A DNA stretch of 64,000 nt from Aureliella sp. (GTDB lineage Bacteria; Planctomycetota; Planctomycetia; Pirellulales; Pirellulaceae), in NCBI GenBank assembly GCA_963691875.1, contig OY829846.1:2176001-2240000 (forward strand). The letters run 5' to 3'. The position numbers and the translations under genes are program-made. Positions 58,651-64,000 of this stretch are shown piece by piece. The notes beneath the pieces were generated by a model that was given only the letters and a program-made list of their open reading frames with translations, ran no database searches and was not told the origin of the DNA. How positions within the stretch are numbered: position 1 is the stretch's first letter; every line of letters starts with the position of its first letter.

Positions 58651-60024
58651 TCACAAAGAAACACCCAATCGGCTGCATACTTCATTAAGCAGCTGCTTGC
58701 CTGCTTCCGTGTCAAGCTCGTTCCACACTAAATGATGCATCGGTAACTTCACTTGGTCCGCTACGCCAGGCAGTTGGGCCGATCTAACCGAAACGACACC
58801 ATCGCCTTTCCCTTGTTGCAACTCCTTGCACTCGACAACTTGACGAATTCGACGATCTAGCTCTGCTGGCTCCTCCACAGAGGTTGCGATGGTATCCCAG
58901 ATTCCACTCACAAGTAGACTCATGGCGGGCCGAAGAGGTCCAGCGTCTCCCAACAGAACCGTGTACTCCACATTCTTGTTTCGCGCGCAGGCATTCAGTT
59001 TTCTAAGAAAAGCAGAATTCGGCTCAAGGTCAGTGGTAGCTTCATTGAATCCATCGACGATCGAACGAAAGAGCACTCGGTCTCTACGCCCACCTCGATT
59101 GATGATGCGATAGAGTTGTTCCGCACCTTCTAACAGCGGACCATATTCCGCCAGAGCTGAGCCATGATTGGGAGGACATATCTGAATCAGCTGGTCTACT
59201 CCCGTTCGCTGATCAACGGTACTCTGCACCAGGTTTCCACTGGCGACCACCAAATTCATCTCCAGTGCGGCTCGAGCAACCAATCCGCCCATGCTGTGCG
59301 TGACCAAAGTCACATTGCTGCTCGGATGCTCTTGATGAAACTTCTCCATTCGCAGCACGAACATCCCAGCTGACTCTGCAACCGGCCCATCGTTCGGATA
59401 GCGAAAGACACACATCGGAAGATTCGTCCGCCGATGAATCGCTTTGGCTATCTCAGCAGCAGATGTCTCGGTCCCGTGCAATCCCGCCAGTAATACGACC
59501 ACCCGCGGTGGGGATGAAGCTTCATCCGCGGCCCACGTGCCCTCGACTTTATCCAGCGATGTTAGCTTCGTGCCTTGAACACCTGCAAGGAACCGTCGCA
59601 ATCCACTCTTGTGATTGGCAAGCTGTCTTGAGAGCGATTCAGTGTCGACGATGAGCATCGAGGGATCGTTTGCGTCCCCTTTGTATCGAAATACTTTGGG
59701 GAATCGTCGCACCAAGTCGTCGAGAGATTCTTTCTCTACGCGACTCTCAACCAATGATGTAATTTCAAACGTCTTGGTGAATGCTGTGATACTTCCCGCA
59801 ACCCAGTGCAAGTCCTTGGAAATAGCATCAAAGAGAACCTTCGAGTCCACGCTGCCGCCGCGAATGGGAATGCGAACTTCTCCGTCGTTGTCTGCCACGT
59901 CACCTGCAACGGGCAAAGGATCTTGAGCAACGGCAAGACTGCTGCGGATGACCAGCGTGAACACGATGAGGCAGAGTGTTAGCGGAAGACGGAATCTCTT
60001 TGCGTCAAGTTGCCGTTGGTACAT
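58651..60024 (-). CDS. Secreted alpha/beta-hydrolase (lipase/PGAP1-like)
   Basis: LVTHSMGGLVAR, PPNHGS, GDGVVSVRSA, late His. Confidence 0.85.
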   Translation of the reverse strand: MYQRQLDAKRFRLPLTLCLIVFTLVIRSSLAVAQDPLPVAGDVADNDGEVRIPIRGGSVDSKVLFDAISKDLHWVAGSITAFTKTFEITSLVESRVEKESLDDLVRRFPKVFRYKGDANDPSMLIVDTESLSRQLANHKSGLRRFLAGVQGTKLTSLDKVEGTWAADEASSPPRVVVLLAGLHGTETSAAEIAKAIHRRTNLPMCVFRYPNDGPVAESAGMFVLRMEKFHQEHPSSNVTLVTHSMGGLVARAALEMNLVVASGNLVQSTVDQRTGVDQLIQICPPNHGSALAEYGPLLEGAEQLYRIINRGGRRDRVLFRSIVDGFNEATTDLEPNSAFLRKLNACARNKNVEYTVLLGDAGPLRPAMSLLVSGIWDTIATSVEEPAELDRRIRQVVECKELQQGKGDGVVSVRSAQLPGVADQVKLPMHHLVWNELDTEAGKQLLNEVCSRLGVSL

Positions 60025-60235
60025 ATCCTAGCCCTTTCGAGAAAATGAGCGAATCTGCGCTTCGCTTCACTAAGGACAATTATAGAGGAGGAGGTGCCAT
60101 GGCGGCAAAGATCCTACTGCGTTCCATTCTACCACCACTTCTCGTCACTCTCCCTTTCCGAGCGAGTCCACATGCCGCGTGAGGTCTCGGAATTCCCGGA
60201 GAGTCGGACACGCCCGGCTACGCATGGGCCCGGCG

Positions 60236-61209
60236 TTAAAGAGGGTTTGATCCTGAGAACCCCGCAAACTCTGCGCGAAAGGACTCAATTTTTGCCAAAG
60301 ACAGGGGCGGGGCTTTCGGCGGAGCGAAAGCAGAACAAGGCCAGCACTGAGAACTAATTAACCACGGCAAAGTCCAGGGCGTTCGGACGTGCTTCGGCTG
60401 ATGCTTTCGCTCTTCGGCTGCAAACTGACTCTCAGCGGATTGCTCGGTAATCTTCGCCTTCAGATTTCGATCAGTTAGTGCCGGGTGTCCGGAAAACGCC
60501 ATGGCCAATTGCTGCATGGGAAGTGTGAGTGTCCGAGCCATCCCTCCGGCCACCTCGCCTATCGCTTTTGCCATAGTAAGTGCCGAATCACCGATTTTTC
60601 AAACTGCGTGCTTCGTGCCGTTCCATGCCTTCTTCATGATTGGCACGCCTAGCCACTTGGCAACCTTTTCTGTCATCGGCCTTCCATTTCGGTAGCCAAA
60701 GATTGGATCAACTTTCTTGGTCGACGTCATAATGACGGCACGATCCCCGAAATTGTGCTCGATCTTCTTGGACGTATAGTGAACCACTGGAGCCCCCGAA
60801 AGCATTTGGAGCTCTAGGTAGCATTGCTTTCCAGTGACAGGGTTCTGCGCGACCACAATGGAAGGTCCACAGGCAGCTCTGGGCCAGGAAAGCTCCGGCT
60901 GCCTGTGTAGTAGCGATGCACACAATCCGCGAAGGAAAAATCTCAACCTTGGTTTCTCCATTCTCTTCACGGGTGGCGACCGCAGGATTTCCCCGTGCGT
61001 CTCGGCCAGTACAAACTTAAGCAACATCTAGCACCGGAGCAAATCACGAACGGATTTTTCCACGGACCTGTCTGCAGAGAATTCGGTTGTGCAGACAAGC
61101 AGGAATTGCTAGTCGTCAACAGAAGAAAACTAATGCCAAAATAGAATAGCTGGCGGTAGAACCGATTGACCGTGGCTGAGAACGGTCTAACTTGAAATCG
61201 ATGCCGCAT
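60236..61209 (-). pseudogene. Fragmented secreted hypothetical protein
   Basis: Signal-peptide segment (61209-61030), frameshift into ORF 61027-60599, in-frame TGA 60599-60601 continuing into ORF 60574-60236. Confidence 0.55.
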
Positions 61210-61677
61210 TCCGTACTAGCTATGTCAGCGTCTATGGACGCACGACGAATAGGTTATCGCCAAACTACACTTGTTCCTTTTCCGGTCAGCGGATTTAAAC
61301 GAATGTGGAACTCAAACTCCGCATGGTTGATTTCTTTAGAGTGAGTCTTGACCAAGTCACTTTCCACACACAGGTTGACGAATCTGGGTGGTGATCTTTG
61401 CAACCAGAAATCCGGCACCTCGATCTCGCCGAGAGTCACGTTCGATGACTGAGCAGAATTCGGATCATTCGGCCAAGTCATCAGGTTCTCACGGACATTT
61501 TAAGCACTATGAAGTAACCGGATTCGCAAGTTGTATGAGTTGCGAAGCAGCCCCGGATCGAAGTGGATCCAGATCGGCCACAGTTGGAGCCCAACGCAGT
61601 CCCAGGTAGGCTGCCAGATGAAGAGCTTCCAGATCGCAAAAAAGACAATCTGGAAGCTTATCGCTGCATGTTGCGCT

Positions 61678-62253
61678 CTAACCAAAGAAACGCTTCATGC
61701 CAATCTGCATGACGTCGCTAAAATCGAAGTCAACTTCCCCGTCTTGGTCGAGTAAGCCTGCGAGTAGACCACCTGAAGCTTGTTGTTCAATCTGCTTCCG
61801 CTCGCCCTTGAGCATCCCGCCGAGTCCGCCTCGATCCATGCCGTCATCTCGCTTCTTCTTGCCAATGGCTCCCATGACCATTGGTGCAAGCATGCCCATG
61901 AGAGAACTCACTTGGCCCCCCTGTAGGCCCGAGGCCTTGCCGATGCCAGTTTCGACTTTGCTCTGTCGTCCGCCAAGAATACTTCCAAGCAGCTGATTTC
62001 CCTGGCTGGCCTGCTGTTCGTCGCCACCACCCAACAGAGAGCTCAGCGAATCAAAGATGCTACCGTCGTGGTCGCCGAGTTGCCCATCAATCTCCGCAAC
62101 CCCGTCGTGATTCTCCGCCTTCTTGGCGACCGCCCCGAGTAGTGTTGGCAGAGCCATTCCAATGGCACTTTGCGTCTGTTCTTTCGACGCACCAAGACGA
62201 CTAGCGATTTGCTCTGCTTGCCCATCGGCTAGTTGCTGACTGACAAAATCCAT
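61678..62253 (-). CDS. DUF937-family protein
   Basis: QIASRLG, ALPTLLGA, HDGSIFD, LLGSILGG, LAPMVMG, LLDQDGE. Confidence 0.8.
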   Translation of the reverse strand: MDFVSQQLADGQAEQIASRLGASKEQTQSAIGMALPTLLGAVAKKAENHDGVAEIDGQLGDHDGSIFDSLSSLLGGGDEQQASQGNQLLGSILGGRQSKVETGIGKASGLQGGQVSSLMGMLAPMVMGAIGKKKRDDGMDRGGLGGMLKGERKQIEQQASGGLLAGLLDQDGEVDFDFSDVMQIGMKRFFG

Positions 62254-62549
62254 GATTGAAATGAATAACTGCTCCGAAAAGAGATAATAAGGTGGAATAG
62301 CGCGAACGGAAGGGGCAGGCCAGTTCGCTTTGGAGAAAGCATTCGTGTTGCGTTGTCAGAATAGCATTTTTCCCAAGTTAGAGATGAAACAAAAAAGCGA
62401 CTTTCCGAATTCTTGCTCATTCCATTAGAAAAGCTTCGCAAGCTTCGGAATCACACAAGTGCCCGACAAGTTCTCATGATGAGGGCGAACGATTCCCTTG
62501 CCCTTTCAGCTCCCGACTTTTGCAGGTTCAACAAGGAATAATACGCTCC

Positions 62550-63539
62550 ATGCTAGGAGCGGCGATTCACCGAAAAGCGAGTCACTTGCTCAGGCTCGAG
62601 TGTTTCCGCAAGGAACTTATCTCTGAGTACATCAAGCAGAATATGCTGATCAAGCACAGCTGCTTCGCTCTCGTCTTTCAACTCCCGCAGTCGATTCTGA
62701 ATCTCGACACTTTGCTCTGTGCTCTAGTTCGGGTCGCTTCCAGCTAGGCTTTCTACAAGCTGTTCCAGCATTGCCTGCTCAAGTCTCTCCAGCTGAGTAT
62801 TATTGACCTGAAACCTCATGATGAGATAGGTAAATCCAACTTGCACTAAATCGACTCTGTTGCAAATCATGATTTAACTCAGCAAGTTCATTTCGAATCT
62901 GCCTTACGTGTCCGACTGCGAGCCTAGGTTTCCGCAGGGTTTTCTCTTCCAATTCAAAAGCCTTCCGCTGCAGTTGAACGCGTTCGCGTACTAGAGAGGC
63001 TTCGAGTTTGTTCGTTTGTTTTTTTTGAGCTGACAGATCTCGGAAACACGTTCAGCTCTTGCCTTGGTTGGTACTTCAGAACAGCTCCTATCCTATCAAT
63101 CATTGAGTATTGATTGTGTTCTTAAGGGGGTCGCCAAGCGTATGTAGGTCCACTGCTCATCAAACACCAAGAACTTCGGAAAATGCCACGGTGGCGGTGC
63201 CGGCACTCCAAGTTGCTCACGGCCCAATTCAGGCTTCGCTAAGTCCTCTGGCGTGGCAAATCTTTCACGAACATACGATCGCCGTATGTCGCGCAGACCA
63301 CCTCCATTGGGAAAATGCGTGAAGGAACTGCTGCTCGACTTAAGCAGTTCCTCGTCATTGAGTGGAATCACTTTCCTGGCTGAATTATGCTGCATGCTGG
63401 CATTGCCTTTACGACTAACGAACTTGCCAGAGGCCTTGGTTTCAATACTGGCAATAGCATTATCCTCGTCCGCATTCATCAGATGCACCAGTGAGACATA
63501 TAGTTGCCGGCGCAGTAGCGACTGCTTCCACCGATCCAA
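62550..63539 (-). pseudogene. Degraded helical hypothetical protein(s)
   Basis: QLERLEQAMLEQ...DPN*STEQ...ETLEPEQVTRF with TAG 62724-62726; partial ORF 63096-63539. Confidence 0.35.
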
Positions 63540-63552
63540 ACGCTTGTATTAG

Positions 63553-64000
63553 CTACTTACCGAACAACTCATCGGCAGCCAAGGCTCGAGAAAAGACAGC
63601 GATCTCATCGAGTCTGCCTTCCCAGTTATCCCTGTTATCGGCACGCCCACCGAAGAACCAAGTAGCGGGCAAGCGCGCCTGCCCAATAGGGATCGTGATC
63701 TCGGGGGAGCTCTCGCCAGCAAGGAAAACGGAAGCTTCACCGTCAGACACTCGAAGAGCAACACGAGCCCACTTCCATCGTGGAATGACTTGCTTGCCCG
63801 CCACTGGAGCCTTGTGGCCAACCTGCAGCAACAACTTACCAGCGCGATTCAGACCAAGATGCAATCCACTAGCACTGGTCGCACCATCTTGGTCGTTTGA
63901 AAGAAACCAACCAGTGACGTCGCGAACACCCAGTGGCATGCCATTCCAAATCGACATGAGGATAGTCTTCGAATCGCCTAAAGCGCCGCAGTCAAACTGC
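63553..64000 (-). CDS. C-terminal LamG/concanavalin-like domain of a larger protein (5' end outside the window)
   Basis: SIW, W.RVALR, FFGGR, WEGRLDEIAVFSRAL. Confidence 0.75.
   Translation of the reverse strand, partial: QFDCGALGDSKTILMSIWNGMPLGVRDVTGWFLSNDQDGATSASGLHLGLNRAGKLLLQVGHKAPVAGKQVIPRWKWARVALRVSDGEASVFLAGESSPEITIPIGQARLPATWFFGGRADNRDNWEGRLDEIAVFSRALAADELFGK

Noticed and set aside
60099..60239. Small ORF behind a strong GAGGAGG RBS with an internal TGA
   Set aside because: Only 27 codons before the TGA, no SECIS-like evidence and no recognisable product.

Overview
Bacterial genomic window, almost certainly Planctomycetota (Pirellulales-like), judged from the PSD1/planctomycete cytochrome c plus DUF1501 pair, DUF1559 remnants, DUF1080, a sulfatase and GTAG-type REPs. 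Housekeeping genes (tilS, uvrA, rplM-rpsI, folE2-queD, kdgK-eda, an anti-sigma pair, a Gld-like ABC system) alternate with many decayed gene remnants. The most striking feature is a tightly packed 12.3-kb minus-strand operon (16849-4544) of seven secreted amidohydrolase-superfamily paralogues. They carry nine barrel domains, and only one keeps a full metal-binding site, which suggests a hetero-oligomeric enzyme/pseudo-enzyme complex. Other candidates: an unassigned ~240-nt multi-branched RNA-like structure downstream of folE2, a 25-bp inverted-repeat-bounded segment between divergent genes, and a deletion junction joining half an MFS gene to a headless alpha-2-macroglobulin-like gene. No rRNA, tRNA, CRISPR array or intact transposase was seen. 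All family calls come from motif recognition by eye, not database searches.
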